A DNA stretch of 63,998 nucleotides, filler included, from Sanchytrium tribonematis (lineage: Eukaryota), in the NCBI GenBank assembly GCA_018985235.1. It is 14 parts of 14 records of this genome, joined end to end, with 100 filler letters (N's around TTAATTAATTAA, not from the genome) between each part and the next. Parts side by side here need not be neighbours in the genome. Positions count along the whole stretch, not along the records: positions 1 to 18,665 come from JADGIG010000108.1; positions 18,766 to 20,970 come from JADGIG010001102.1; positions 21,071 to 23,261 come from JADGIG010001103.1; positions 23,362 to 25,549 come from JADGIG010001104.1; 10 more parts are not named here. The stretch is one strand, 5' to 3'. Under the pieces are notes generated by a model. It saw only the letters and a program-made list of their open reading frames with translations, was not told the DNA's origin and ran no database searches. Numbering within the stretch: the stretch's first letter is position 1; every line of letters starts with the position of its first letter. Below, one piece after another: positions 11,192-23,434 of the stretch. A program made the position numbers and the translations under genes.

Positions 11192-12968
11192 ATGAATAGA
11201 TCAAAAAGCAAAAATTCGGCGGAAAATCCTATTGTTAAACAAGACACATTGTTAAGAAAAACAATGAGCCGCGTCACTGCAATGATTGAAGAAGATTTTC
11301 TGCTAAACGAAGATAAAACAAGGAAAAGAAGGCTTTTTTGGAATTTTATCCACACTATATGGATTGCTATTGCGATAATCGCCCCATATATCATTGCAAT
11401 TAGTTTCCAATCTACTTTTTTGCTTGATTTTAAACCAACCAAAAAGGTAGACAGTGACATTTGGCTTACAAACGAAATTCTACTTTCGCAGGAAATGCAG
11501 AGATGGTCGATCTTATTATGCTCAGTATGGGCAGTTTTTGTTTTGGTCTACTCTATTTTGACTATAATCCCATTTTTCATATTTGAGTTTCTTAAAATAT
11601 TTGATTCCAATCCAGGTAAATTGACTCAAACAATTGCTTATTTGAAAGGGCTTAAAATTAGCATAGTGCGGCTTGCATGCTCAATTTGTTGTGCGTCTAC
11701 GTGTTCAGTGTTGTGGGGAGCATCTTCGCGGACACCGAATGACTTTTCTCTACCAAACTACATTTATATTGCGTTAGGATTATTCCAGTCAATTATATTT
11801 TATTGCTCCTGCCTATTGTTAAAAAAAATATTTATTATTAGTCTGTATTTCAAATTGCGAGAAAGAACCTATAAAGAACGTATCAGCTTCAGCAAGAAGG
11901 CAGTAAGTATGATAGAACATTTAAGGTCTGAAATAGGAAAAAAACTACATGCCGAAAAATTTCTGAGCGAAGCTAGATTGCATTGGAAGGAGGATATTGA
12001 GTTTTATAATTACGACAATCTTTTTGATAAGCTTGGCGTCGATCATGCCAAGGAAATATTTTTGGGTGTAGGAAAAGGAAAACATCATTTGATAGCAGGG
12101 GATTTTAAGCCCTACTTTCCTACCGAAGAGGAAGCGATTGCAGCATTTCAGATTTTCGCTGGAGACGAAGGCAAAACGGAGTTGCATGGAAAGGATTTAA
12201 AAGAAACCATAATCCAGATTTACAGAGAACGCAGAAGACTTAATGATAATATTCGAGATATGAATGGTTCTATTAGCAAACTAGAAGGAATCTTCAACGT
12301 GTTTTCATTAATTGTTTCCGCATTATTTTGTGTAGCCTATTTTGATAATTCATTTCTGCGGGCGAGTTTACCAATATTTTCAAGTATGCTGGCTCTTAGC
12401 TTTCTTTTCGCAGAATCTGCAAAAGAACTGTTCATCAATTGTATATTCTTATTCAAGTACATTTTGTTTACTTAGTATGCACCCCTTTGATACGGGAGAT
12501 ATAGTAGTCATTCGAGATGTGAATTACCGAGTTTTAGAAATGAGCTTGTATTATACCATATTCGAAAGATTAGACGGGCAGCAGACCTACATTGCTAATG
12601 CCATTTTAGCAAAGGAAGTTTTAAGAAATTTTAGGAGATCGGAAAATCAGGCAGAAGGAATTGAAATCCAGATTGACTACATGACACACCCAGATAAGAT
12701 TATGCACCTTGAAGAGCGGATGAATGAATATTATCGATCTAAAACAAATATGTATAGAAATCCTATAACTATTTCATACAAAGAGGTCCTGGAATCAAAT
12801 CGACTTACTATAGTTGTACCAGTTCTTTTTAAAAAAAATTGGCAGGATTGGAAAGCCAGAAGCATTGCCAGAAATGACATGATGAAGCTTCTTCAAAAAC
12901 AAATTTATGAATTAAAAATAGAATATAAACCATTAAAACAGACCATTAAAATGCTAAAAGAGCAATAA
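11192..12968 (+). CDS. MscS-like mechanosensitive channel (Msy1/2-type); join(11192..12456,12476..12968)
   Basis: TM helices, EF-hand-like segment, FLFN|MHPFDTGD restored by intron, NFRRS. Confidence 0.88.
12457..12475 (+). other. 19-nt GT-AG intron GTACATTTTGTTTACTTAG (phase 2)
   Basis: Removal gives FLFNMHPFD, the MscS core motif. Confidence 0.93.
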
Positions 12969-12970
12969 AT

Positions 12971-13285
12971 TTATTGCGCATAATATTCGGGCTTTGTTGC
13001 TTTGATTCCATATTCTGCTAAAGCCTGGCTTAAGTCTTGAACTGTCAGAACCATTTTCCTAGTCTTGTTTTTCTTATCACCATTTTGTTTACTAAAATGC
13101 AATGCATCATTAGAAATGTCAGTGATAAATTTTTGTGCTGCTAAAGAAATAATTCTCTGGACCCTAACATCATCGCAGGCAAAACCTGCTTGATTAAGAA
13201 TGGGTTTTGTAATGCTGTCTGGTATTAACGGCTCTGTAGACTCGACAAGATTTAATAATTCTGCAAGGGCTCTGTCGGTGTTCAT
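12971..13285 (-). CDS. TAF10: TFIID/SAGA subunit 10
   Basis: PLIPDSIT, RIISLAAQKFITDISNDA, VLTVQDLSQALAEYGI..KPEYY. Confidence 0.93.
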   Translation of the reverse strand: MNTDRALAELLNLVESTEPLIPDSITKPILNQAGFACDDVRVQRIISLAAQKFITDISNDALHFSKQNGDKKNKTRKMVLTVQDLSQALAEYGIKATKPEYYAQ

Positions 13286-13335
13286 CTTACTCCTCAGTTT
13301 AGAGTACAAAAATAAATACTGGTACATCGAATTAT

Positions 13336-13875
13336 TTATTCTTCCATGGGGTCTTCTGTTTTTGTCACTACAGGTTGCTCCTCGACAGTTTCCGCTTGTT
13401 TCTTAGACCCGTCTTTGTCTTTCCGTTGATATTTTCGTCTTTTTTGGTGAATGTTACGCTTACGACCCCAAGCCTTTTGAACATCAGATAAGTGCTCCAT
13501 CCTTTCACTTTCAGGCATATGCTGCATCTTGATTGCCTCATCAAAAGTGATAGGAATTTTGTTTTTAATTCTAAACTCAGTTAAAAACTCGTAATATACA
13601 TTGTCGAAAGTAGACTGATAATCATATAAAGTGTCAATATTCCTTTCCTTGAGATTATCTCTATTTCTTTCGTTTATAAGATCCATTATTTGGTATGATT
13701 TTAATGCAAAAGCTCCATCAATTGCAAAAATTGCTTTGAGATAACCCCTAAATTCTTTTGATTGAATAAATATAATTTGTTCTGGTATAGGATTTCTGAG
13801 TGAGACATCATAAAAGGTATCCGCGGAAAACTTTTCCATTGCCTTTTTGTGAATTCTCTCAGTGTCGAAAATCAT
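13336..13875 (-). CDS. Hypothetical protein with basic C-terminal region
   Basis: ORF from ATG 13875; stop within AATAAA; no family recognised. Confidence 0.5.
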   Translation of the reverse strand: MIFDTERIHKKAMEKFSADTFYDVSLRNPIPEQIIFIQSKEFRGYLKAIFAIDGAFALKSYQIMDLINERNRDNLKERNIDTLYDYQSTFDNVYYEFLTEFRIKNKIPITFDEAIKMQHMPESERMEHLSDVQKAWGRKRNIHQKRRKYQRKDKDGSKKQAETVEEQPVVTKTEDPMEE

Positions 13876-13930
13876 GTTTCGCTCAACTCCGTTGCAAAAT
13901 TGAAAAATCAAATATTTTATTAATTTTTTA

Positions 13931-15440
13931 TTAAATGGGACGCAGTTCAAATCTTGAAAGGTATCTAATGAGCAAGGTATCAATGAAATGTTGATGTCTA
14001 TATAAAAACAAAATACTTAACTCCAGGGGACCTAGCAAGCTTGAAAGCTTGAAGCCCTTCCATAATATGATTCACAAATCCAAGTTTAAACATTGCTGCT
14101 ACTATCATAAAACCAGTTCTATTGAAACCATAATGGCAGTGAAGTGAAATCTCTCTATTTGGATATATTTCCCAATAGTCCTTGCAAAGATTCACAAAGT
14201 GTTCCACATCATCCTCTGAAGGTGGTATTTTGGATACAAATGATTGTTTGATGTACATGGGTTTAAGGCTATCACCTTTACATTCATATGGGGTATTTGA
14301 GCGATTGTATTTTATAAGTTTAGGGTGAATCGATTGAAATTGTGCGACATTGTATGGTGGAACGTCTCTACTCATATCAATAACAAGTCCTACATTTTCG
14401 TAATTTTCAATCAGCAATTTCGGATTGTGTTCATCGTCAATTTCTCTTAAAATTTTCATTGCCCTAAATTTTGAATTACCAATGAGGCCGCTGACTGGTT
14501 GAATTACTTTCCACTTTTTAAAATTTTTTAAAGCATAAGGGTCATCCATTTTGAATTCCTTGCTTTGACTAGGTGGATGGCACAAAATTTTAAGGTGTTG
14601 AAAAAAATGAGTAATGTATCCGATTGTACTAAATGGATCTTCGCTCATTACATTGTGCCCACAAGAAAGACCAACAATCGGGTAGGGATGTATCGCATTC
14701 GGAGCTATAGTTAATTTTCGAGTTAGTACACGTTTATATTCAAGCTGATCATAGCCATTTAAAAAGTTAAAAACTTCCAAGGTGCATTTGATAGGCGTAG
14801 ACTGATCATATTCTCCGACAATTAATTGAACTGGAACAATTATTTTGCGAAATAAATCGTCATCTGGCCATACAATTTGATTAAATATACCAAACAAAGT
14901 TTCTGTTCTAGACTGCTTATTCCATCTGGCTTGATCCATCTTAACTTGCTTACTAGCCGCGGGATAAAAAATATATTGTTTCACAGATTGGCCATAAATA
15001 CCACCAAATCGATAATACCACCTCCATAATTCAACAACCCATAAAGGCAACTTCACGAGACCCTTAACTCTTTCTAAATTGATTGTGTATTGAGATCCTA
15101 TGAAAACAAAACCCTTGACACTTTCTTTCAGAATGTTGTTCATGTAGACAGCAATTCCACAGCCCATAGAATGTGCAATTATTACAAACATTTTGTCTTC
15201 TGGTAATAAATCACAATACTGCTGAGCCATGTCTTGCAAATCATAACTTTGAGATGCTCCACTTTGTCCATGACCAAATAAATCAATGGATATGACATGA
15301 TAAGTACTACTAAAATAATTATAAATGGGTTTAAATTGTTCACTCTGCCCACCTAGTCCATGAATAAACACCAAGCATACCTTATTCGTGTTCATTTTTT
15401 CATATGTGGTCAAGTTGCCAAAACGTGTTTCCTTTAACAT
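13931..15440 (-). CDS. Alpha/beta-hydrolase fused to dual-specificity/RNA-triphosphatase-like phosphatase; complement(join(13931..13997,14017..15440))
   Basis: FIHGLGG, AHSMG, HCHYGFNRTG (HCx5R); PGVK|HQHFIDTL restored by intron. Confidence 0.88.
13998..14016 (-). other. 19-nt GT-AG intron GTATTTTGTTTTTATATAG (phase 2)
   Basis: Removal extends protein to PGVKHQHFIDTLLIRY. Confidence 0.9.
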
Positions 15441-15649
15441 GAATTTGAAAAACTCAATACAAAAGGGGTACAAAATCAGGCTACATTAACAAGGCTTCGC
15501 GTTGTTCAATGGGAGCATATAATTTATCATGAGACTATATAAATTTACAAAGTCTTGCACTCATTTGCGTCCACCAATCATGTGATCCAATGGTTTGACA
15601 TTGCCTCACGAAAAAGTATTAAAGCGGAAACTCCTCCTTTTGAATCATA

Positions 15650-17650
15650 ATGAATTCCGAGGAACAATCACCCGAATCAGCAAATACAGAGCATACGCTC
15701 GTTGACCAGGACTTTGAGGAAGAATGGGAGAGTGAGCTAAGGGCCGAAGAAAAGAATATTGAAAAAGAATTACAACGAGCAGAATTTGAAAATAGTGGTA
15801 TTAACCTTAAAAAAAGATTTATTGTTTGTTTTACCATCAGTTTCACATTGTTTGCGGTTTCCTATTTTATTTTAAGGCCAGGATACAGTGGAATCCCTAT
15901 TGACAATACAGAAGTCAATAATGAAAAATTAAAAGTAACTTCTATCTTATACTATTTAGCTATTATTCCTGCATCCTATTTTATTTCATCATTTATAGCA
16001 GTGACCATAAAATTGATGTTAAAAAGAAAGAAGGAAAATACTCGATTACTTGTCTTTTATTGGTCAAAAATGCAAACTTATTTTATTATTGCTTTAACAG
16101 GAGGCCTTTCCAGAGCAGCTCTTGATACTTCATTTTTAATCACACAACCTGCGCAATGGTCCAGTTTTCAAACCAATTCGGATATGAATCCGAATGCTAG
16201 AAAATTTTTATTTTTCGCTTCCACATTGTTTTGGCTAATTTTGAGTTGGGGGTTAGTACATCTAGCAGGTTCCATATTGTTTCGTACTTTTTCCATCAAA
16301 TTTCACAAATCTGCATATTATGACAGAGTTTTAGATGCCCTTTTCACCGAATATGTTTTGGTCATGTTAAGTCGACCATCTGATTCGTTTGCGAAAAGAA
16401 GAAAAGGCAGCCGGCCTGATTCAGTGGCAAGTAGTCCTACGTTTATGCCAAATTTTGATTCTTGGTCGGATGTGAAAATTGACAAAGTTCCAATCAAGGA
16501 AAAAGAAATTATTTCTAGGCAAGTCTCAAATATTCGACTTGCTGAATTTGTGAGTTTTTTACAAGATAGCCCATATTTTTTGGTTCACTCTGCTGAGCAC
16601 GACGAGAATGAAAAAGTGTCTCTCAATTTTAAGTCTGTAGGTAAATCTATGGGAAAACTATTATCGACTTCACCCAAAGTTAGTCGAAATCAGTCTACTA
16701 TGAAAAAGAGTCAGGCCCGAGCTTATTCTGCCAGAAAATTAGGCCACCGATTATTTAAGAGTTTAAAAGACCCTTTTAGGGAAGATGTGATTCTCGAGGA
16801 TTTTGAGAAACATTTACCTCTCACTTTAGCAGAAGATGCATTTTACATTTTCGATAAAAATTATGATGGTTCTTTGGATTATAGAGAGTTCGTTTCAACC
16901 GTAAATGACATCCTCAAAGAAAGAAAAGCAATAAGTGATAGTTTAAATGACGCCGAAAAAGCGCTCTCGAAATTAGAAAGTGTTCTCTTTGGAATTATGA
17001 CTTTTATATGGTTTTTTATTGCGCTTTATATATGTGGAGTAGATGTGCAGTCCACTTTTGTCTCATTAACATCTTTTATAGTTGGCTTTGCTTTTCTATT
17101 TGGTCCGGTTGTGAAGTCTATTGTGGAAGGCGTTATATTTGTCTTTGTTTCCCACCCATTTGACATTTCTGATAGGATTTTGTTAGGTACTGGATTTGAA
17201 AGCAATCCTACGGAAATGTTTACAATTATGCGATTGAATATGTACAATACAATTATGAAAAGGCATGACAATGCCCATGTTGTATTTCCGAATTCTGAAT
17301 TAGCAAAGATGAAAATTGTAAATCTTACCAAATCCCAAAATATGGTCGATGTTATCAGATTCAACTTTAATGCAGACACATCGATTGACAAAATAAGAAA
17401 GCTTGAAGCCATGATAAAACAGTTTTTGGTACAAAATACTCAGCACTATATGGATGTTTTCGAGCTTAGCATGAGCAAATGTGAAAATTACTTGACAGTC
17501 GATGTAAGAATTTCGCACCGTCATAATTTTCATAATATGAAGCGATATCGAGAACGAAGAACGAATGCGATCTACGAACTCATGCAAATCGTTGAACATC
17601 TTGGTATTAAAAATGAGGAACTCACAAGACCGTACAAGAAAATCGAATAA
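15650..17650 (+). CDS. MscS-like mechanosensitive channel with EF-hand
   Basis: FHKSAYYDR, FDKNYDGSLDYRE EF-hand, FVSHPFDISDR. Confidence 0.88.
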   Translation: MNSEEQSPESANTEHTLVDQDFEEEWESELRAEEKNIEKELQRAEFENSGINLKKRFIVCFTISFTLFAVSYFILRPGYSGIPIDNTEVNNEKLKVTSILYYLAIIPASYFISSFIAVTIKLMLKRKKENTRLLVFYWSKMQTYFIIALTGGLSRAALDTSFLITQPAQWSSFQTNSDMNPNARKFLFFASTLFWLILSWGLVHLAGSILFRTFSIKFHKSAYYDRVLDALFTEYVLVMLSRPSDSFAKRRKGSRPDSVASSPTFMPNFDSWSDVKIDKVPIKEKEIISRQVSNIRLAEFVSFLQDSPYFLVHSAEHDENEKVSLNFKSVGKSMGKLLSTSPKVSRNQSTMKKSQARAYSARKLGHRLFKSLKDPFREDVILEDFEKHLPLTLAEDAFYIFDKNYDGSLDYREFVSTVNDILKERKAISDSLNDAEKALSKLESVLFGIMTFIWFFIALYICGVDVQSTFVSLTSFIVGFAFLFGPVVKSIVEGVIFVFVSHPFDISDRILLGTGFESNPTEMFTIMRLNMYNTIMKRHDNAHVVFPNSELAKMKIVNLTKSQNMVDVIRFNFNADTSIDKIRKLEAMIKQFLVQNTQHYMDVFELSMSKCENYLTVDVRISHRHNFHNMKRYRERRTNAIYELMQIVEHLGIKNEELTRPYKKIE

Positions 17651-17673
17651 ATTCTTTTTCTTTCAAAGGAGCA

Positions 17674-18012
17674 ATGTCTACCAAGTACCTGTGCAAATAT
17701 TGTAATGTGTTTGTTCAAAATAATCCTTTGCAGAAGAAAAAGCATGAAAGTACACCACTTCATACCAAAAGGAGAGAAGAAAAGATACAAGAATCTTTAC
17801 AAACCAAGTTTGATGTTAACAAAAGGGTAGATTTTGGAAAAAAGATTCAAAAAGAAGAGACACTTTTAGTGGATCAAAACACTGGTTTGCCAGAGTGGGA
17901 AATATATGTACCACCTCCAAAAAAACCAATTGCACACTCTGGAGTAGAAAAAGATAGCGATATTAAAGAGATTGATAAAAAAGTTAATTTTAAAAAAAGA
18001 AACCGAAAATAA
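17674..18012 (+). CDS. U1/matrin-type zinc-finger protein (WBP4-like)
   Basis: KYLCKYCNVF...KHE...H zinc-finger pattern. Confidence 0.65.
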   Translation: MSTKYLCKYCNVFVQNNPLQKKKHESTPLHTKRREEKIQESLQTKFDVNKRVDFGKKIQKEETLLVDQNTGLPEWEIYVPPPKKPIAHSGVEKDSDIKEIDKKVNFKKRNRK

Positions 18013-18035
18013 GAAATATTTTTTCAAACTTATTA

Positions 18036-18665
18036 ATGAAGCTTACCGTCATTCATGGAGAAAACATAAATTCGATTGAAGCTTCATTAGAGCTTGATAT
18101 AGAAACTTTAAAAATGATAATTCAAGCTGAATTAGGGAAAGAAAATTTGTTGCTTTTTTACCAGGAAAAAGAATTGAAAAGTGGAACGATTCAATCAAAT
18201 AATATTTCTGATCAGGATTTGATCATGGCCATGGAACCACCAAAACCTCAATTACAGAGACAACAGCCTATGAATCCACAATTGCAGCAGTTTTTGAACA
18301 ATCCACAATTAATGTCACAAGTTCAACAGCTTCTTGGGCAAAACAACGGCTCAAAAGATCCTATTGTTGAAAATTTTGAATATGCCATGGAACATTACCC
18401 TGAAGCCTTTAGCGGCATTAATATGCTATATATTCCTTGTCACATCAACAAAATACCCATCTCCGCTTTTGTGGACTCAGGGGCACAAGCTACAATTATA
18501 AGCCTAGAGCTTGCCAGAAAATGCGGCATTGACCATTTAATTGATAGAAGATTTGGCGGGGAGGCTAGGGGAGTTGGGACTGGTAAAATTTTAGGGCGAG
18601 TTCACGCTGCAGAGTTGGTTATTGATTCATTGCATCTGACTTGCACATTTACCGTTATGGAAAAA
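18036..18665 (+). CDS. DDI1: DNA-damage-inducible protein 1 (UBL + retroviral-like protease), 3' truncated
   Basis: UBL N-terminus; MLYIPCHIN, AFVDSGAQATI, GVGTGKILGRVH. Confidence 0.93.
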
Positions 18666-18765
18666 NNNNNNNNNNNNNNNNNNNNNNNNNNNNNNNNNNN
18701 NNNNNNNNNTTAATTAATTAANNNNNNNNNNNNNNNNNNNNNNNNNNNNNNNNNNNNNNNNNNNN
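18666..18765. other. Artificial contig linker; also at 20971, 23262, 25550, 27832, 30113, 32390, 51135, 53403, 55661, 57919, 60170, 62415 (each 100 nt)
   Basis: N-run + TTAATTAATTAA (stops in all six frames) + N-run, repeated 13 times. Confidence 0.98.
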
Positions 18766-20294
18766 TGCTTGACACCTTTTCTTAGCATAGCCAGATACGC
18801 TTCCTCAAACACTTGCAAATAATCACTTTGTTTCTTTTCCAACTCTTTTATATTGATTTGACTTTTAACTTCAAAATCTAGAATTTGTGGTGCCTGGGCT
18901 AGTCTCCTGTTCCAATCATTCAGCCCACAAAATGCTTTTCTATCAGAAAATTTTCGGAGGTGAAATGCAAAAGGCATTAATAAGACCCACTTATTGTCCG
19001 ACTTGATGGCTCGACAGTTTGTGTCCCATACATGATTCCACAAATGGGCTTCCTTCTCAATATCTTCCTTGGATTTTTTCTCATGGAAAAACTTCAAGAC
19101 GCACAAATCTCCATTATTATCACAACAAACAGCAACGTTTCCATCGCCTCCTTCAGAATATTTTAAAACATAGAAATGAGAGTTTCGTATAGAGGCTAGA
19201 TTATATGAAAAAGGCTTATCGACAATTAAATTTGAGGGAAGTGGAGCGTAAACGCAAGATTCATCAGTCAATTTTATAAAATGCATCTCCCGTTTTGCCA
19301 ATCGATCAGGAGTTTCTACTGGAGATTGATTTATCTTATATAACAGACTAATTAATATTTCGACAAGCTTAGGGTCATTGTACTTATAGATTCTTGTTTT
19401 TGATAATTTCACAAATTTGCTGATATAATGCTCGCTAGCACTCGTTTTAGCACAATAATTATCAAACTCTGATTTTTGACTAATTTTAGCAGCTTCGTCT
19501 GTATCAGAAAACCACATAAATCTCCAGTCTTCGTAAGTCGTCAGAATCGCAAATGGGAATCGGACATGATGCGAATTTCGAAGTACTAAGAGGTAGTCGA
19601 TGACTTGAAATAATGAAAATTGTTCAAAATCCTTCTGTGGGAGCTTGATTTCACAAAGACCTAAAATATTAGATCTATTTTTATCAATAAAGGCATAATC
19701 CGGCCTATGCTGACTCAAATCATGAGTTCTCATTGCTAAATTCTGCTTTGACGTGATTTTTAGATTCGAGAGATGTGCAACTGATTTGCAACATTCAAGA
19801 ATTTTTAAAATGTTATCACCGATTTCTTTTTCATTTGACCATTCTTTTATCTCGAGTACAACATCATTTTTACTGAGTTCACTCTTGGAATATTCAGCTA
19901 ATATATTAAATTCAGAAAAATTTTCTTGTACCTCAGTACCCAAAGAAGATTTTTTTTTCATGGTGCTTTGACTGATGCCTGTAAATCTAGGTGGTAAAGG
20001 TGGAAGGCCGTCCTTAAGCAGCATATTCGGCAAAATAATGTATATCTTTTCACAAATAGTCACAGGGTCATCCAAGTTCAACTCAGTGATTTGTGAATTG
20101 CCAGGTTTCTCAGTCGAGACGCGGATGTTGTTGCGCTGGTAGTAAATCAAATTATGTTTCACTTGAATTGCTTTCAGAATGTCATACCAATCGCAGTCAC
20201 TCGCAACTTTTAGACACCCACTTAATATATGTGCAGGAAATTTATGGCTGTAAATATCATAATTCAATTTAAGTGAATTGCTTGATTTACCCAT
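18766..20294 (-). CDS. Crinkler-like protein: ubiquitin-like header + PD-(D/E)xK nuclease-like domain + kinase-like domain, 3' truncated
   Basis: RPDY...CEIKLP...QVIDYL...FAILTTYEDWRF restriction-endonuclease-like motif; GGDGNV..VLKFF..EKEAHLW kinase N-lobe-like. Confidence 0.6.
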
Positions 20295-20633
20295 GTTTTT
20301 CCCCAAGAATAAAATTAAATCTCAATTCCACTTCTCCGAAACACCCTCATATTCTCTCAAATACCAGCCTACACGCCGCAATTGACATGTAAAATAAATC
20401 AAGTCTAGTTGTCAAAGCATAAAGATCGTCAAGGTATATAAATGGATTTAAATGGATTTACTGGAATAAATTTGCAGACACGGTCATCCAATCAAACGGG
20501 TATTTATTTTTTCAAAACATTTGATCAGACTGTATTCCACACAGCGTATTCCAAACATTTAAGTTCTCTGAATAATTAGTAAAATTCCTTATAGATGACG
20601 ATATTTTAAAATTTGCAGGAGGACTCCTTAAAA

Positions 20634-20909
20634 ATGTATTTTGTCTTGCTTTTGTCAATATTTTCTTTACCTTTGTCGATTCCGCTTTGTGGTAAAAAGT
20701 GCCACTTTGCAATCGGTTTTGCATTCAGCACAGCAATTATTGCGTATCAATTGGAAAAAAATCCCGAAAAAGTAAAGTCTCATCTAAATGAGTTAAAAAA
20801 TTGGAGTACAAACCAATTCAGAAATCGGGAACATCATTTCTCTTCACTCAAAATATTTTTAAGAAGTCTCAAAGACAATATTTCTCGGATATTTCATAGT
20901 TATATATAA
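20634..20909 (+). CDS. Small hypothetical secreted/membrane protein
   Basis: MYFVLLLSIFS hydrophobic start plus second hydrophobic stretch. Confidence 0.45.
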   Translation: MYFVLLLSIFSLPLSIPLCGKKCHFAIGFAFSTAIIAYQLEKNPEKVKSHLNELKNWSTNQFRNREHHFSSLKIFLRSLKDNISRIFHSYI

Positions 20910-21072
20910 TAAAATATATCGTATTTTCAAAATTTACATTTAAAATTTTATTGTGCAGATGTAGCAGCATNNNNNNNNNNNNNNNNNNNNNNNNNNNNNN
21001 NNNNNNNNNNNNNNTTAATTAATTAANNNNNNNNNNNNNNNNNNNNNNNNNNNNNNNNNNNNNNNNNNNNCC

Positions 21073-23261
21073 TTTACATTTGACTCTGTTTATCCAAGTC
21101 AGACTGAAAATGAAGATGTTTTTAATGACGCGTGTTTACCACTCTTAAATCAGTTTATCCAAGGATATAATTGCACATTATTATGTTATGGACAAACAGG
21201 AAGTGGGAAAACATATACTTTGGGCACAGATATTAATTATCCGAATGGGTTGCTTCCAAATGCATTAAAATGGATATTCACAGAATCAAACACACTAGTA
21301 AACCCAAATATACAAGTATCCTTTTTAGAATTATATAATGAAGAGTTTATTGACTTGTTAAAATTGGAAAATGTAGTCAAAATAAGAGAAGTTGATAATA
21401 AATTGGTTTGGACTGGAGTGAATCAAACCAAATGCAATTCATTTTCAGATGCATTAGATTGTTTATATGCTGGATGTGCGAATAGAAAGACGGGATCTAC
21501 AGATATGAATTCTACTTCTTCACGGAGTCATGCCATTTTTGCTGTTGAATTACAACACGGTGAGACGATGAGTCGATTTTGTTTTGTGGATTTAGCAGGA
21601 AGTGAAAGATTAAAGCGAACCAATGCGAGTGGAATACGTCAAAAAGAAGGGATCAGCATTAATTCAGGGCTATTAGCACTTGGAAATGTGATTTATGCAT
21701 TAAGTGAGCAGAATCAAAGACAACATATCCCATATCGTGATTCTAAATTGACTAGAATATTGCAGGACTCGTTGGGTGGTAATTCACTTTGCACGATGAT
21801 TTGTTGCATTTCTCCCTCTGACACGGATTTGCAAGAAACTTTGAATACTTTGAAATATGCAAGTCGTGCTAGAGAAATACAGAATCAGGCCATACGTAAT
21901 TTAATAGATAGTGATAATGATGTTGAGAAATTAAAGGAATTAGTTCGAAACTTAAGACGAGAAAATGAAGAATTGAAGAATTCTAATTATTTTCACCCTA
22001 CAAATGACTTACTACTTAAAGAAAATAAGGAATTGAAAATGGAATTAATGATGGTCAAGGCTAAATATGATGATTTATCAGCTGGAATCCAATTAAATGA
22101 AATTGGAAAAATGGGAGAATCTGAGAAATATAAAATGTACCATTCCATCATTGAGCAATTAAGAAAAAGATTAAGAAAGTTTAGAAGAATGTTCCAGCCA
22201 CATCAACGACAATCCTGGTCTAAAAATGATCAGGATCCAGAATGGGAAGATTTAGAAATATCAGATTCTAGTGATTCTGCTTCCAATTCAGACAATTCAC
22301 AATTAGATCAAGCATTAAATACCATTCAAGGCAATATTGACGCACAAGAAGATATGTTAAAAGCATTAGAATCTTCTCAAAAAGAAATAGAAATTATTAA
22401 ATTGAAATATGAGCATAAAATTGAAGATTTGACTCGTAAATGTCAAGTAATTAGCAAAGAACGGGATATATTTTTGAAGAAATCAACAGACAGTGCACAA
22501 ATTATATCCATTAGACAGAGATATGAACAAGAAATTAATAAAATTCAGTCAGAATTGGTAGAATTAAAAAGAAAGCATTTAGAGAGTGAAAAAGCATTAG
22601 AGAAGATTAGACAGAAAGCCAATGATGATTTAAATACCATGAAAACGAGTATATCTGATTTAAGAAAGGAGAAATCTAAATTAATGGCCCAATTAAAAAA
22701 TGAGAATATTAGAGCCAGAAGGGAAACCATAAAGAGTGAAAAGGAAGTATTGAAATTAAAGAGAAAAGAAATGAAATCTGAGCACCTCATTAAGAAATAT
22801 GAGCATCAAGTGGAACTACAGGTCATTTTAATTAATTTAGAAGAATTTGCTGAGCACTAGATCCCATGATACCATTCATATTAAGAGAAAATGGCAAAAA
22901 GCATTGGTATTAATGAAAAAGAAGGGTATTTCTTTAGATGGTGTCAATTTAAAACGACGAGATTCTTCAAAAGATGTCTCTGAAATCAAGAATTCTATTG
23001 ATAAATTCATAGATTTGAACTCTACTGCGCGTCGTAATACATTTCAGTTGGAAGAATTAATAAAAAAACAACGACTTATGGTGGAAGAAAAACTTCGATT
23101 GATTGATGAAAGAGAAAATTTATCAAAACAATCTGATTCTGTCAATTTAAAGTATATTGATGATAGATTTGAGAATATTGAAAGTGATTTAGATGTTGTA
23201 GTATCCCGTATTAATGAAATCAAGTTTCTAGTGGCTCAAGTAGACTCAAATGACAATGAAT
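21073..23261 (+). CDS. Kinesin-4-like motor, truncated at both ends; intron 22822..22840
   Basis: YGQTGSGKTYT, NSTSSRSHAIF, DLAGSER, HIPYRDSKLTR; long coiled coil. Confidence 0.9.
22822..22840 (+). other. 19-nt GT-AG intron GTCATTTTAATTAATTTAG (phase 0)
   Basis: Joins ELQ to KNLLSTR in the frame of ORF 22847. Confidence 0.88.
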
Positions 23262-23434
23262 NNNNNNNNNNNNNNNNNNNNNNNNNNNNNNNNNNNNNNN
23301 NNNNNTTAATTAATTAANNNNNNNNNNNNNNNNNNNNNNNNNNNNNNNNNNNNNNNNNNNNTATTAAAAAATTTACAATTGACATTCGGGTATATAGTTC
23401 AGCAGCATCTTTCAAGTATATTATTGAATTCATT

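Noticed and set aside
20441..20460. Tandem AATGGATTTA x2
   Set aside because: Single 10-nt duplication in AT-rich intergenic DNA; no evidence of function
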